From: Octopus sinensis
Taxonomy: Eukaryota
Length of the DNA stretch: 64,000 bases
Assembly (NCBI RefSeq): GCF_006345805.1
Contig: NC_042998.1
Span: forward strand, 76,880,001 to 76,944,000
Direction of reading: 5' to 3'
This document shows positions 29,181 through 43,504 of this stretch, piece by piece. Each line of letters opens with the position of its first letter. The first letter of the stretch is position 1. The translations under genes and the position numbers were made by a program. The notes under the pieces were generated by a model. It was not told the origin of the DNA. It worked only from the letters and a program-made list of their open reading frames with translations, and searched no databases.

Positions 29181-30220
29181 ATGCATTTTTTAAATCTAGT
29201 TTCAGCTCACGAGCTGTGGCCATGCTGGGGAACCGCCATTTGGTGTTGCTACATGATTTTACTTCATGAATGCTTTTTAGCAACTGCCATTTGGTGCAGG
29301 AGAGAGTTCGATGCAGCTGCCCTCATCTGCACCTCCTGCCGTGAAATTGGTTCATCTGGGACACCTGACAGGAAGAGATCCAGTCCTACTTTAAAGACAT
29401 CTGCATCCACCCCATGCAGGTCCCTCAGGTTCTTCGGGAGGATATTGAAGAGCTGTGGACCTCTGAAGCCCAGACTATCACAGTATCTTATCCTACATCT
29501 TGATGGCAAATTTGGAGTCCTTGGCACCACGCAGTGCCGCCCAGTTCTAGCATTTGTGTAACTCTTGATGCCAAAGTTTGGGACAAGTCCTTCTAGGATC
29601 TTCCCGATGTATATTATGGCATATCTTTCTCGCCTACGCTCTAAGGAATAGAGTCTTAATCTCTTGAGTCTTTCCCAGTAGCTTATATGCTGCACAGAGG
29701 CTATCTTCTTCGTGTAGCTTCATTGGATCGCCTCAAGTTCTGTGATCAACTTGATACTGGATGGTGACCATAGGTGAGAGCAATAGTCAAAGTGGCTTAG
29801 GACAAGTGTCCTCCAGAGGACCATCATGGTTTCTTGGTCTCTTGTTCTAAAGGTTCTAAGAATCCATCCGGCCAGACGCCTACGTTTCATTGCCAATTTA
29901 GCAACATGTACATGAAAGGTTGCATCATCACTCATGTAAATACCCAGGTCACGCACTGATTGTGCCTCTGGGATTGCAGCCCCTCCAGGTCCAGTGTATT
30001 CATTGGGTATTGCATTTAGTTTTGCATGCTGATAGCATAAAGCTTGAAACTTTTCAGCATTGAACTGCATGCTATTCTTCTCAGACCACTTGTATATTTT
30101 GTCCAGCTCACATTGCAGGTGCTGAGCGTCTTCAGGGTTCTGTATTGCCTGTGAAACTTTTGTATCATCTGCATAACTTCTGATCGTGGCTCTCTGCGTG
30201 GCTGCGGGCATGCCTGAGAG
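29181..30220 (-). mobile_element. 5'-truncated CR1-group LINE (RT C-terminus and 3' tail)
   Basis: RSYADDTK...MQFNAEKF...VRDLGI...SHFDYCSHLWSP...SYWERLKRLRLYSLERRRERY, followed by an A-rich tail. Confidence 0.88.
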
Positions 30221-30855
30221 GACACTTATCCTAAGCCACTTGACTATTGCTCTCACCTATGGTCACCATCCAGTGTCAAGTTGATCACAGAACTTGAGGC
30301 GATCCAACGAAGCTACATGAAGAAGATAGCCTCTGTGCAGCATATAAGCTACTGGGAAAAACTCAAGAGATTAAGACTCTATTCCTTAGAGCGTAGGCGA
30401 GAAAGATATGCCATAATATACATCTGGAAGATCCTGGAAGGACTTATCTCAAATTTTGGCATCGAGAGTTACACAAATGCTAGAACTGGGCGGCACTGCG
30501 TGGTGCCGAGGACTCCAAATTTGCCATCAAGATGTAGGACAAGATACTATGATAGCCTGGGCTTCAGAGGCCCACAGCTCTTCAATATCCTCCCGAAGAA
30601 CCTGAGGGACCTGCATGGGGTGGATGCAGATGTCTTTAAAGTAGGACTGGATCTCTTCCTGTCAGGTGTCCCAGATGAACCAACTTCACGGCAGGAGGTG
30701 CAGATGAGGGCAGCTGCATCGAACTCTCTCCTGCACCAAATGGCAGTTGCTAAAAAGCATTCATGAAGTAAAATCATGTAGCAACAACAAATGGCAGTGC
30801 CCCAACATGGCCACAGATCGTGAGCTGAAACTAGATAAAATAAAAAAAAATGCAT
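30218..30855 (+). mobile_element. Second, shorter copy of the same LINE 3' end in inverted (head-to-head) orientation
   Basis: ORF 30281-30766 matches the minus-strand copy with 8 amino-acid differences over the last 143 codons and has the same 3' tail. Confidence 0.88.
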
Positions 30856-31279
30856 ATAGATACTATATATGTACATAGATATATATACATACATATACAT
30901 ATAAATATATACATACATATACATACATACATATACAGAGATATATATATACATATATATACATATACATATATATATATACATATACATACTCACATAT
31001 ACACTTATATATATACATAATACATAAACATATATACATACATGCATATATATATATACATAAACGTACATACATATGCATATATACATATACATACTTA
31101 CATTTGTACATACATGTATATACATATTTATATTTACATACATATATATATTTACATACATACATATACATATATACATATATATATATATATACATTCA
31201 TATGTATATTTTTATATACATACATGCATCCATATATATATATACATTCATCCATACTTATACATATATATATACATCC

Positions 31280-31310
<31 letters not shown>

Positions 31311-31395
31311 AATGTATATATATATATATATGCATATATACATATATGTTTATATACATACATATATATACATAGATATGCATACAGATATATAG

Positions 31396-31432
<37 letters not shown>

Positions 31433-31535
31433 CATATATACATACATATATACATACACACATACATGTATATCTATACATATACATATGTATATATTTC
31501 CTTACATACATACATTCATGCATGCATATATGTAG
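30856..31535. repeat. Degenerate (TA)/(CATA) microsatellite field
   Basis: Directly visible. Confidence 0.95.
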
Positions 31536-31539
31536 GACA

Positions 31540-31687
31540 GGAGTCTTTCAGTTTCCGTCTACTAAATCCACTCACAAGGCTTTAGTTGTCCCCAGGCTAC
31601 AGTAAAACACACCTGCCACGCAGCGGAACTGAAGCCGGAAATATGTGTTTGGAAAGCAAACATCTCACCACACAACCCTGACTGCGC

Positions 31688-31690
<3 letters not shown>
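31540..31690 (-). mobile_element. Degenerate tRNA-SINE head (family of 54885-55257)
   Basis: 'tttcagtttccgtctactaaatccactcacaaggcttt...ccacgcagcggaactgaagcc'. Confidence 0.7.
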
Positions 31691-31725
<35 letters not shown>

Positions 31726-31823
31726 GTGAATATATACTTCTTATATATAATATATATGTATATATATTCATGTGTAAATGTGTTTACATATATCCATACA
31801 CATTTACTATACACATTTACCAC

Positions 31824-31892
<69 letters not shown>

Positions 31893-31902
31893 CCTATCTC
31901 TC

Positions 31903-31972
<70 letters not shown>

Positions 31973-33700
31973 ATCTATCTGTCTGACTATCTGTCTGTCT
32001 GTCTGTCTGTCTGTCTGTATGTATGTATGTCTGTCTTATGTGTGATTGCTGTTATATAATGAAGAAATTGGAAATGAAGGAAAATAATACTCGTAATTCT
32101 TTTCCTTGCTTTTTTTCTATCTTTTTTTTTGTTCCATTTCCCCTCATATCCCTTCATTCACGAAACTTAACTCTTTTCCATTCTCATTGTTTTCACTCCT
32201 ATTCCAACACTTCACATTCCAGAGACAACCTCAGTGAATAACGCTCTCAGTGTAAAGTGGCAATACCAATAATTGCCCTAAAATTTTACTTCTATTTCAT
32301 TTAGTATCCGATTACCTCTTGAATTTCACTGCATCCTGCTGTAACATATTAATAAACAAATGCATATATACATAAGACAATACTAAATTATAATAATACT
32401 TGAAGCCGAATTAATATACGGTAACATAATATGCGATTTCGTAGCATTTTTTTTCACTTGTTTCTCTGTTGTAGATCGTTGTAATTCTCTCATTCTTTCA
32501 TTTATAATCTCTGGTCATTGTGACATAAGGAAAGTTATACTGTTCTTGATTGCTCGCCTGAAAATTGTTGGGTGATTACGCATTATTAAATACCTTGTGG
32601 TACTAATTTGGCTTGCTTAGTTTCTGATTTCAAATACAGTTACAGTCAGTGATCCTATTCCATTTTAATCTTTTGAGTTTCTTACTGTTTCTTTCTGCTT
32701 TTGATCAAATCGAGATGAGTTCTAAGCAAGTCTGCTGTGTTTAACAGCGATCCAGATATAGGCGTCCTATGTTTTATTAAAGGTAATAATTGCGAAAAGA
32801 TCAACGTTGCCAAATGTATTCTCCGTTTTAGAAATGTTAAGATGCAAGGTGAAGGAGATACAGTTGCTATTTTTAACGGTTTGAGCAATTACGCGGAGAA
32901 TAGGTTATCCAAGTACTATAAGTACTCTTCAAGTCATGCATAGGCCGATCAGCATCTACACAACAAATTGTCGCAAGGATATAATTGACTCACTTATAAA
33001 ATTTCAATTTGTGATTGTCTATGTAAGAAAATTAATTTCAGCGCTTTAATTACAATGATTTTACTATCCTGTCTACGATCGATATAAACTAAGAACTACT
33101 AACATACTTATATTAAAATGTTGTTTTCAAAAAAATACAAGGAGACAAATTACTGACGTTTTCCTGGGAAAATCTCAGTAAAAGATTCTATATTTCATGG
33201 CAAGCGTGATTTTCATTTTGTGAATTAGATCTAAACCTTATAACCGGTCTGAAAATTGAAGAGACTTGTGACGCAACAAAAGTGCATCAATAGTGCAATT
33301 ATTCATTAACTTGCCGCCCATAACTTGAGATTTCGTAAAATAATTTTCACAAGAAAACCAAATATGTTTATATGAACAAATTGTATTACATCATATACTA
33401 CGGATTGGAAATTATAAATAATTGTCAACATAGTGGAAAAAAAATATTTTAATTATTTCACTGATATAAGTTACTTCGTCCTGCTAAAATTAATGGTGCT
33501 TTTCGGGCAAATGAATATAATAGGCTACTATATGCTGACTTCTGCTAACTTTATGTTAAAGAACATTGATCTAGGTCAGCACAACTTTCGAAAAAGGCCT
33601 GTATCGTAGATGGCTGACAAAAAACACTCAACTGATTGACAATGATTTACTTACCAATACTGTGTAGTACTGGTATTGCAATATTTCTTTTAATCTGTTG

Positions 33701-33732
<32 letters not shown>

Positions 33733-34791
33733 TGTATGTATGTATGTATGTATGTATGTATTATGTATGTATGTATGTATGTATGTATGTATGTATGTAT
33801 GTCTGTATGTATGTGAGTATGTTTGCATATATATATACATGGATGTTTGTCTATATGTATACGTATATCCATAAGTGTGATTGTGTGTGTATTCATATTG
33901 GCCTGTGTCAAAGTAGTATCATTTGGTAGATAGCAATTTAATCCGAATCTTTTTGTCTTTAAATTAGTAACCACAATATAAATTTCCTGTCAACATGAAC
34001 AACAAGAAATATCAGAAATGACAACACAACAAATACACCAACAAAAATGCAGTAAGTGCTGCAATAACATTTTAAACATCATCCGTAAAACCAATACTGC
34101 TTATATCACATAAATGATATATATTATGAACAAATGTTCGCTCGCAATATAGTGTTAAATATTAATCGATATTTCGATATATAAATTAACTACCTTAAAA
34201 TGGCGGATTTCCATTGATAAGCAATGAAGCTTTGCTAAAATATTCAAAGTGCACGGGTTTTATTGGATTCGGTTGATAATATACTTCAAATTTTAAAAAT
34301 AAAACCAGCCCAATTTATTTTAAATACGGGTAATAAAATTCAAAAACAAAACATAGCAAAAAATTCTTGTTCGAATATCAGGCATAAAGTATGACATAAA
34401 ATAGCATTTAACTAATGATTTTCTATTTTACGAAGTCAGAATATAAACAACATTATATAAAATATGACTGTAAGACAGTAAATAATGTTTTCTAATATTA
34501 AAATATATTTGTTCCCCATGGTTTAACTCGAATGAGTTAATTTTATGGTGAAATAAATATAAATTATTTTTCTTCCATATTTATTTCCGTCCATTACATT
34601 CTAGTATAGTCTTACTTACGTTTATTTACTCCTTTCTGAATATTGAAATTATGTTAATATTTCAGTGAAGGCAAATATTAGCATAATTCGAGTGAAATCC
34701 ATTATGGAAGTTATGCAAAGTAATAACAATAATAAGCATAATAAACATAACAAACGCAACAACAGTAACAACAAAAATATCAACAATAATG

Positions 34792-34841
<50 letters not shown>

Positions 34842-34857
34842 TAATAATAATAATAAT

Positions 34858-35200
34858 GAAGCTTCAAAATAAAAAATGGCATGAACACGAGCCAGAGGTT
34901 ATGATGGAAAATAATGAATACAGGTTTTATGTCGTTCCAAATAAAGACTGACCATACTATTGACGCTAGAAAACAGATATGATTGTAGGGTACAAATAAA
35001 TGTATGATCATTGCATTTGCAATACCCATGATACCAGAGTGGATACCCTAAATATGTGAGAAATATCCAGTCTGACCAGAAAGATGAAGTAATTATGAAA
35101 CAATGGTTCCCGTGGTAATTGATGCAGTTGGTTCAACACCAAGACAGGTATCTAAGACGATGGAAGAAACTAATATTGAGACTTTTAGGGAAGGAAGCAA
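34858..35200 (+). mobile_element. R4/Dong-like non-LTR element fragment (restriction-like endonuclease end) abutting (TAA)n
   Basis: Frameshifted reading KWHEHEPE..ENNE...QIKTDHTIDARK.DMIV...CMIIAFAIP...EKY...VPVVIDAVGST resembles the RLE-clade C-terminus; (TAA)n at 34793-34857. Confidence 0.65.
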
Positions 35201-35747
35201 TTCAGTTATATCACCACAGTACATAAATGGCACTATATGTTACTGTGCTGAAAAAGAAAAAAATAGTCAAAATTGTTTTCAGTGAGATTTGAACTCGGAA
35301 CTTAAAGAATCGAATCGAAAGAAATGCCTCTAATCAATTTGTCCGACATGCTAACGCTTCTGTAAGTTCATCGTCTTAGTTTCAAATTAATTTCAATTTT
35401 AGGAATTAGTCGATTACATCGGGCTCAGAACTTGACTGGTACTTTATTTTAACGAGAGAAAAGTATGAGAAGCAAAAGTGAAATCGGGAAAAGTTCCTCG
35501 ATCCTATCGACCCAAATACTTGACCGGCATTTTCATTTTATCGGCTCCGATACGATGCGAAGCAAAATTGACCTCTCTTGGATTTGTACCAGTGAACATG
35601 AAGAAGTGACAGAAATACTGTGAGACATTCTCTCTGATGGACTAACAATTCTGTATGTTCGGGGCAGCAGCAGTAGCAGCAACAGCAACAACAACGACAA
35701 AAACAAGTCTCACTTTTATTTAATATTCTCTTGCGCAAGTCAGCTTT

Positions 35748-36125
35748 AGCACACCGGGCGAGATGCTTACCGGTATTTCGTTTGCTGTTACGTTCTGAGT
35801 TCAAATTCCGCCGAGGTCGACTTTGCCTTTCATCCTTTCGGGGTCGATGAATTAAGTACCAGTTACGCACTGAGGTCGATATAATCGACTTAATCCGTCT
35901 GTCTGTCCTTGTTTGTCTCCTCTGTGTTTAGCCCCTTGTGGGTAGTAAAGAAATAGATATTTCGCCTGCCTTTACGTTCTGAGTTCAAATTCCGCCGAGG
36001 TCGACTTCGTCTTTCATCCTTTCGGGGTCGATAAATTAAGTACCAGTTGCGTTTTGTGGTCGATATAATCGACTGCCACCCCTCCCAAAAAATTTCATGC
36101 CTCGTGCCCAGAGGAGAAAAGAATA
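35748..36125 (+). mobile_element. SINE with two tandem body units (family of 18480-19040)
   Basis: The second unit restarts after 'gggtagtaaagaaatag'. Confidence 0.8.
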
Positions 36126-36492
36126 TTCTCTTTTGCTACAATCTTATTAAACCTTATCGATTCTACTGTATTGTATATTTTTTCAGTTTAATGTTAAATT
36201 GTTTCTGTTATAAATTGACATAAAACAAACAATATTTACAGATATATAAGGCAGCGAACTGGTAGGAACATTACCGGGCGATATGCTTAACTGCATTTCG
36301 TCCGTCGTTACCTTCTGAGTTCAAATTCCATCGAGGTCGACTTTGGCTTTTATTTTTTCGTGGGTAATAGAATAAGAACTACATGGGTACTGGGTTCCAT
36401 GGGATCGACTTCCATCTGCCTTGAAATTGTTGGCTTTGTTTCAAAATTTGATATCAATATATACACACTTACATGTCTGCATGTGTGAGTGC

Positions 36493-36532
<40 letters not shown>

Positions 36533-36639
36533 AATGCCACATTAGAAGAGGCACTCTATAACAACACTTTTTGCAAAACGGCGGTGCCTCAGCATGGCCG
36601 CAGCTCTGACCTGAAACAAAAAAAAAATATATGTATGTG

Positions 36640-36689
<50 letters not shown>

Positions 36690-39504
36690 CGTGCGTGTGT
36701 GTGTATGCGTGTGATTGTATTTGTATGTTTATATCTATATATGCATATGTCCACACATATTCACACACATACTACGTCACATACACAAATAACCTAACAC
36801 ACAAACATACATATATCTTTAATTGTTACCCAAGTGCCATTGTAACCAACCAGGTACAGACGATTGTTACATCAAATCTTCGTTTATTTCTTATTACATT
36901 AATAATACCTTCGTTTCAGTTTCCTTGACACATTCGTGCCCACAGTATATCATAACCAGTTTGTAATTACAGAGAGGTAACATTTATTCCCACTTGAACG
37001 TGAACGTTCAAATTATATTGCAGTAGTTACCATGAGTGAAACTCATATTCCGGATTTCTTTCTTTCTGTTTGTTCACTTTTTGAAATTTGATTATATTCA
37101 TCTTCAAGTAAGGGAATATTAGTTTTGTTTATTGAGTTATATTTTTATCCCTGGGTCAGCTGTCCCTATTGTGTGATGAGTGATCTTGCTTTCGTGTAAT
37201 GTGTCTATAGCACATTTGCTTTTAGAACTGTGGATATAAATAAGATTTTTTCTTTACTCCTACTAATAACTATTATTGATACTAAAAATATAAATTAAAA
37301 TAATGACTATTATTGATACCAATAATAGTAAAAAAATTAACAATAATTAAACAAAATTAATATAGATAGCAAATACTAATAGCTTCATATAAATTCCATG
37401 TAAATGAAAATAACTCACACATCTTTGCTCAATAGGAGAATTAAGGTACCAGGTAGTAGACCAAGGTCGTTAACCATGTAGTTTCAAAGCGAATTTCTTA
37501 ACAACACTGTTATGTCTTTTATTAGGAATCGTGTCAACAGCTTTGCAAGAAATCATTATCGCTGTTTCCATACTAAAAGGTCTCCATCTCACTGAATTGT
37601 ATTTAAGGTTTTCATGCATGTAGAAAGACGTAGCTGTGTAATTTACATCATGTTATTTTACATCTGAAAGTTTATTTTGTTTAGTTCCTAAAACGATTGA
37701 AGTGTTCTATAGCATTGTGAACAGAAATCACGGTTGCGATTTACATAGTGTTAAATATATACATACACACACACACATTTGTGCGCACTCACATACGCAT
37801 ACGCAGATACACTCACTCTCTGACACACACACAGACACACACATATATACATATGTATAAAGGCAATGTACATAACGACGTGTATATGTATGTATGTATC
37901 TGTCCATCTACACATAAGCATGTATATTCTTATATACATATGTACATATAAATACATGTCTACACATACACAGACACACACACACTCATATATATTATGT
38001 GTGTCTAGTGGTTATGTAAACAGACATACAAACGCACGCAGCATTAATCTTTCTTTGCATCTACTCCTGCTTCCTCTATCTCATCGTACATGCACATAGT
38101 TATAGACGTTGATGCAGAAGCATGCACACACCTACACACATTACCCTCTGCAACGTTCATAGGGGAATGTTTGTGTGTATTTGTAGCACAAGGTGAAACT
38201 TTAAAGCGAATTACAGATGCGATGTATGTGAATATAAATTACAGATGCTTCAATACACGATCTTAACAAAATAATCAATGATGATTTGAAAGACTTCGTC
38301 TGCGACATGGAATGTCTGAATTACTATATATCTCAACTCTTCTTGCTGATACTCTCATTTCTGTTCTTGCTTTTTTTTTCTTACATTTTCATTTGTACAT
38401 TCATCGTTCACACTAAAAACTGAATATCATTCAACTAAACCATTCATCGTTTCTTCAAATTATAGGCTTCACTATTAGTAAAGGTTTTTCCTGTTACCTA
38501 AAATAATAACAAATCCGAAATTTTATTAGAAAGATTGCCTGTCTTCTGCTTACCAGTAAATCCTTCAATCCCAGAAAGTTTCAAACGACAACAAAGTTCA
38601 CATCAGATCCAAAATGAAGTATCATGCCCATATATATAACGGATTTACTTTTTCAACCCGTTCTCCTACGTGTATTACAGTTCACATCCCACGAAAACTA
38701 TCCAACCAGTCACGAAATCTCTCGGTAACTCATTTTAATCTCTAGAACACAAACTTGATGTTTGAACGCTTTATCTTCCTTTCTAGAGCTGCAAAAGAGC
38801 CTTCTCATCTTTGCCGTCTGCTGGTCTGGTTCTGCCTTCTCATTCGTTCTTCCTAATCTCCTTATCCGTATCCAAGAGCTTTTATTTTCCCTGCATTTGT
38901 CGAGCTGCAAGCATATTGTTCGATCATACTGGGTGATGTTCTGGGTAAGTGCATTTTGCTGCAGCTACGAGCTGTCAAGTATCTTGTGAAAATACCTGCA
39001 GGTAAATCATCTAGAAGCCCACCATATGCGTTCTCTTCTATGTTTAAGTCTTTGCAGGCTTCTTGTAAAGAAGAAGCTGGCTTCTGGCGAATTTAAAAAT
39101 CCCTATCATTGAAACGTAGGAGAAAAAACAAGGTAACATATTGAATTTGAAAGAAGTCTTGCATATTTTATTGTATGAGCGTGTTAGCTGATTGATTGCT
39201 TTTTCTGAAAACCCAAGTTTTCCAAATTATCACTTAGGCATTTACTATAAATTAATTATTATTTATATAAATGTGAATTCATAATCTTGGTATTGAATCT
39301 GAATGTTTTGGAGTGTTTGTCAGTTGTTACACTCTCTCCCTTTGGATTTCGAAGAGGTATTCACATCAACGGAGCAGCTGACATCTAGGATCATACATAC
39401 ATTTTCTCATCTGTCTCAAACAGACGTTTTATATTTGTACTTGGTAGACGTTTTGATGGGAATGTTCCGCCAATATTCCTTGTGATGATGTTTATTTTTT
39501 ATAT

Positions 39505-39920
39505 CTTTCAATTGTTTCAGTCACTAGACTGTGGTCATACTGGGGTACCGGCTTGAAGAAATCTTAGTCGAATGTATCGACCCCAATACTTATATTTTAA
39601 AGCCTGGTACATATTTTATCGGCCGATTTTACCGAACCGCTAGGTTACAAGGATGTAAACGCACTAACACCGGTTGTGAAGCGGGGGTGGCGGAGCAGAC
39701 AACAATACACACCTACACAGACACACACGCACCTACACTCATACATAAATATATACGACGGGCTTCTTTCAGTTTCCACCAACCAAATCCAGCCACAATG
39801 CTTTGGCTGGACCGAGGCTATAGTAGAAGACACTTGACAAGATGCCACGCAGTGGGATTGAATGCGGAGCCATGTGGTTAGGAAGCAAATTTCTTACTAC
39901 GCAGCTACGCCTGCACCTAT
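39505..39920 (-). mobile_element. tRNA-derived SINE with a CR1-like tail
   Basis: Homologous along its length to 54885-55257 and 47865-48345. Confidence 0.8.
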
Positions 39921-40436
39921 TTATGTCTTAAGTAATAGAGGAATTCTCTAAATGTATCTAAGACTGTATTTTTTCAGATAGCATTGCATACTATTTTGCG
40001 ACATCATGCGCATTGGGAGGTAATACGTTGATGATATTTTGGGGCGACTGCTGATCACATATAAAATATCTTCCACAAAAATGCATCATTGTCGGTTTCA
40101 CCAAGGGCTGCACTAGGATTGCAAACGTATAACCTTGGAGACGTAATATGATATATCTCTTATGTATACTCATACCTAACAGTATCATAATACATATTTC
40201 ATAATATTGCGAATATGACTTAGAGGTTAGAGATTAAACTATAGCATCAACTTCACTAATTGAGTTTAGTCTAATTTTATCTACGCCAGCAGGATGAAAG
40301 GTTATGACGACATACGTGGGGCAGATTTCAGTAAGGAACGCGCCAGAACATACTGCAAACTACGTTTTTACAACCCCTTAGCAATTCTGCGAATGCACAA
40401 CCCTCAAGTTCCATTATATAAGGTTATACATTATAT

Positions 40437-40560
40437 AATATACGCAACGTATCATACACAGATCTCAAAATATACGCAACGCATCATACACAGATCTCAA
40501 AATATACGCAACGTATCATACACAGATCTCAAAATATACGCAACGTATCAAACACAGATC
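40437..40560 (+). repeat. Minisatellite, about 4 copies of a ~32-bp unit
   Basis: 'atacgcaacgtatcatacacagatctcaaaat' repeated contiguously. Confidence 0.9.
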
Positions 40561-40904
40561 CCAACAAGATGTAGATACAACATGCGTTTACTTGTTAACA
40601 AGTATTTAAAATCCGGTAAATGAGCTAGATCACAACAATATCACAAAACAAACAGCTCAAACTACTTGAATGATAAAAGAAAATGAAGCAGAACTATACT
40701 AAACAACAAAAAGAGAAAAAAGCATAAAGAATAGCGATGAGGAATTGACATTTTTATCCCTCTTTATAATTGAATAAATTATCTTCATTTCGATCTTGTG
40801 GCATTAACAGGTCTTCTTTTTAACTTCCACTATTTCTGTATCTCTTTCCTCTGTCATCCTTACCCCTCTCTTATCATCCCTCTCTATGTATGTGCATATA
40901 TACA

Positions 40905-41051
40905 TACAAATATATATATATATATTTATATATATATATATATATTTGTGTGTGCGCATATATATAAATATATATATATTTATATGCATCTATTATATAT
41001 TCATATATAATGTTTACACAAGCGTGTATGTATATATGTGTGTAAATATGC

Positions 41052-41091
<40 letters not shown>

Positions 41092-41198
41092 ATATTTGTG
41101 TGTGCGCATATATATAAATATATATATATTTATATGCATCTATTATATATTCATATATAATGTTTACACAAGCGTGTATGTATATATGTGTGTAAATA

Positions 41199-41235
<37 letters not shown>
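40905..41235 (+). repeat. Tandem duplication of ~157 bp bounded by (TA)n
   Basis: 'ttgtgtgtgcgcatatatataaat...aatgtttacacaagcgtgtatg...gtaaatatgcat' occurs twice. Confidence 0.85.
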
Positions 41236-41245
<10 letters not shown>

Positions 41246-41955
41246 GCACATATATATACATACATATATATATATACGTCTGTTATGTATATATGTAAAC
41301 ATGTGTATATATATATATATACAAACAAAGACACGCGAGCATACACACATGTATCTCTACCTACACACATAAATACTAACATAGACATACATACGTCCGT
41401 ACATACATGCATACGCACGCACGCATAATGTGCACGTATATGCATACACAAAAATATGTGTTTCAGACGACTTGACAAAGTGAGTGAAGGCAGTTAACAA
41501 AATTAAAGCTCACCTACAATTAAATGACAACCGAAGTTACGAACCACAAGTAGAAGTGAATGCAATTAAAACAGGATGGCTAATGTGGAAGAGGAGTCTT
41601 ACTAACAAACAGAAGCTGAAGCAAAGCGGTACAAGCAACATGAAAATAATATAAAAATAACAATGATATATTATAAATAACAACAACAACAACAATAACC
41701 AACAAGCAATAAAATCAGAAGGATGCAAAATTGCTATAAAAAAAAATTATTAAGTTATTGTCATTCCGAAGATTTCGAAATTGTCTAAGGTAGCATCTTC
41801 CCAAAAGTTTTAGAAACGTTTTTGAATGATAGACAAAAAAAAAAAAAAGAAGCAGCTTCGAAGGAACGCGGTTGATATTCTGTAGATATTCACAGACTAA
41901 AATAATCTATCAAAAAACTGATACATTCTCAAAAATATACAATCATACACACACA

Positions 41956-42017
<62 letters not shown>

Positions 42018-42019
42018 AC

Positions 42020-42057
<38 letters not shown>

Positions 42058-42364
42058 GTATATGATAAGGATATACTGAAGCTACCAGTCGTACATATAG
42101 ATTATGTATACATATGTATACTCACACGTAATTTTGGTATGTATATATATATATCTATATATATACACACACATGTATCTACATACATATATATATGCAT
42201 GTGTGTATGTGTGTGTGTGTGACTGTGCATGTAGGTATGCCTGTACATATCCTTATATATAGTTGTGCGTTTATACGCATCCATATTTTATTTCCGTTAT
42301 TAATCTGCCTATCAAAGTGTTACGTCTTTCTTTCTCTCTTGTTCTTTCTTTCGCTCTGCCTTTG

Positions 42365-42400
<36 letters not shown>

Positions 42401-42549
42401 ATTATCTTTTATTGTTAGAAGGCATCTACGACATTAACTGTCAGTTTTAGCAAATTCGTATCCACTGATACACATACACACGCGGGCACACACAAACTGT
42501 ATACATGTGCATACAATATATATTTATACGCGTGTTTATATATATACAT

Positions 42550-42585
<36 letters not shown>

Positions 42586-43301
42586 TATATATGCACTCAT
42601 ATATATATATATATATACATTTATATGCGCTCACGTACACGAACAGAAAAATATATATGTATAGGGTATGTACGTGACTAGTGGTTAAGGTGCTGCACAA
42701 ATGACCGTAAGATTATAGTTCCAATTCATGAATCAGGCGATACGTCGCGTTCTTAAGCAAAACACTTCAATTTTACATTGCTCCAGTCTACACAACTGGC
42801 AAAAATGAGTGTCCTTGTAAGGACTATTTTTAATATTGGGATCAGCTCCATCAATCTATCCATCAATCAATCTGTCTATCTGTCTAAATAAACAATATGC
42901 TCTAGAAAATTTTAAATTAACAAAGACTATATAAAGATGAACTTAAAGCTATCACAGTCCTATGATGGCTTAACTTCGAAGTCACTGTTAATACTATTCT
43001 TGTTAAAGAATAACACATGCATAAACGCACACACTCGCATGTATAGGTGTGTGTGTGTGTGCGTGCTATACATGCGCATAGAAATATGTGAATATTGTAC
43101 AAGACTTAAACGTTAACAATTAGTAAACTTCATTTTGTGTTCTTGAGCAAAAACACTTCTTTTTACGTTGCCTCAGTCTACGTAGCTAGCAAAAATGCGT
43201 GGTCTTGTAAGGACTATTTTTAGTATTGGGATCAGCTCTCTCTCGACCGCTAACTCCAAAACTTTTTGATTTTTATTCTCTCTGTTTATTTCCTCGTGTT
43301 C

Positions 43302-43337
43302 CTTTCTGTTGAAGAGCGTAGGCTCGAAATTTAAAAG
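43302..43337 (+). ncRNA. Hammerhead-like motif with variant core CUGUUGA
   Basis: cttt-CTGTTGA-a-GAGC-gtag-GCTC-GAAA-tt-TA-aaag; stem I cttt/aaag. Confidence 0.55.
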
Positions 43338-43458
43338 ACTTTCTCGCCCTCCCGAGTGCCAAACTAATACACTTGCTTGTTGTTTAAACATCTCTCTTCG
43401 TCTTTTGTTTATTTTCGTAAACTTTCACTTTATATATAGTTAATCCAAACATGTACAA

Positions 43459-43504
<46 letters not shown>

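Noticed and set aside
32737-32943. Non-repetitive 68-aa ORF as a host exon
   Set aside because: No recognisable domain or convincing splice context; needs RNA-seq or tBLASTn.
38710-39110. Coding-like composition on the minus strand
   Set aside because: Frames are interrupted by stops and I recognise no homology.
40437-40560. ~32-bp repeats as a CRISPR array
   Set aside because: Units are contiguous with no unique spacers, and the context is eukaryotic; it is a minisatellite.
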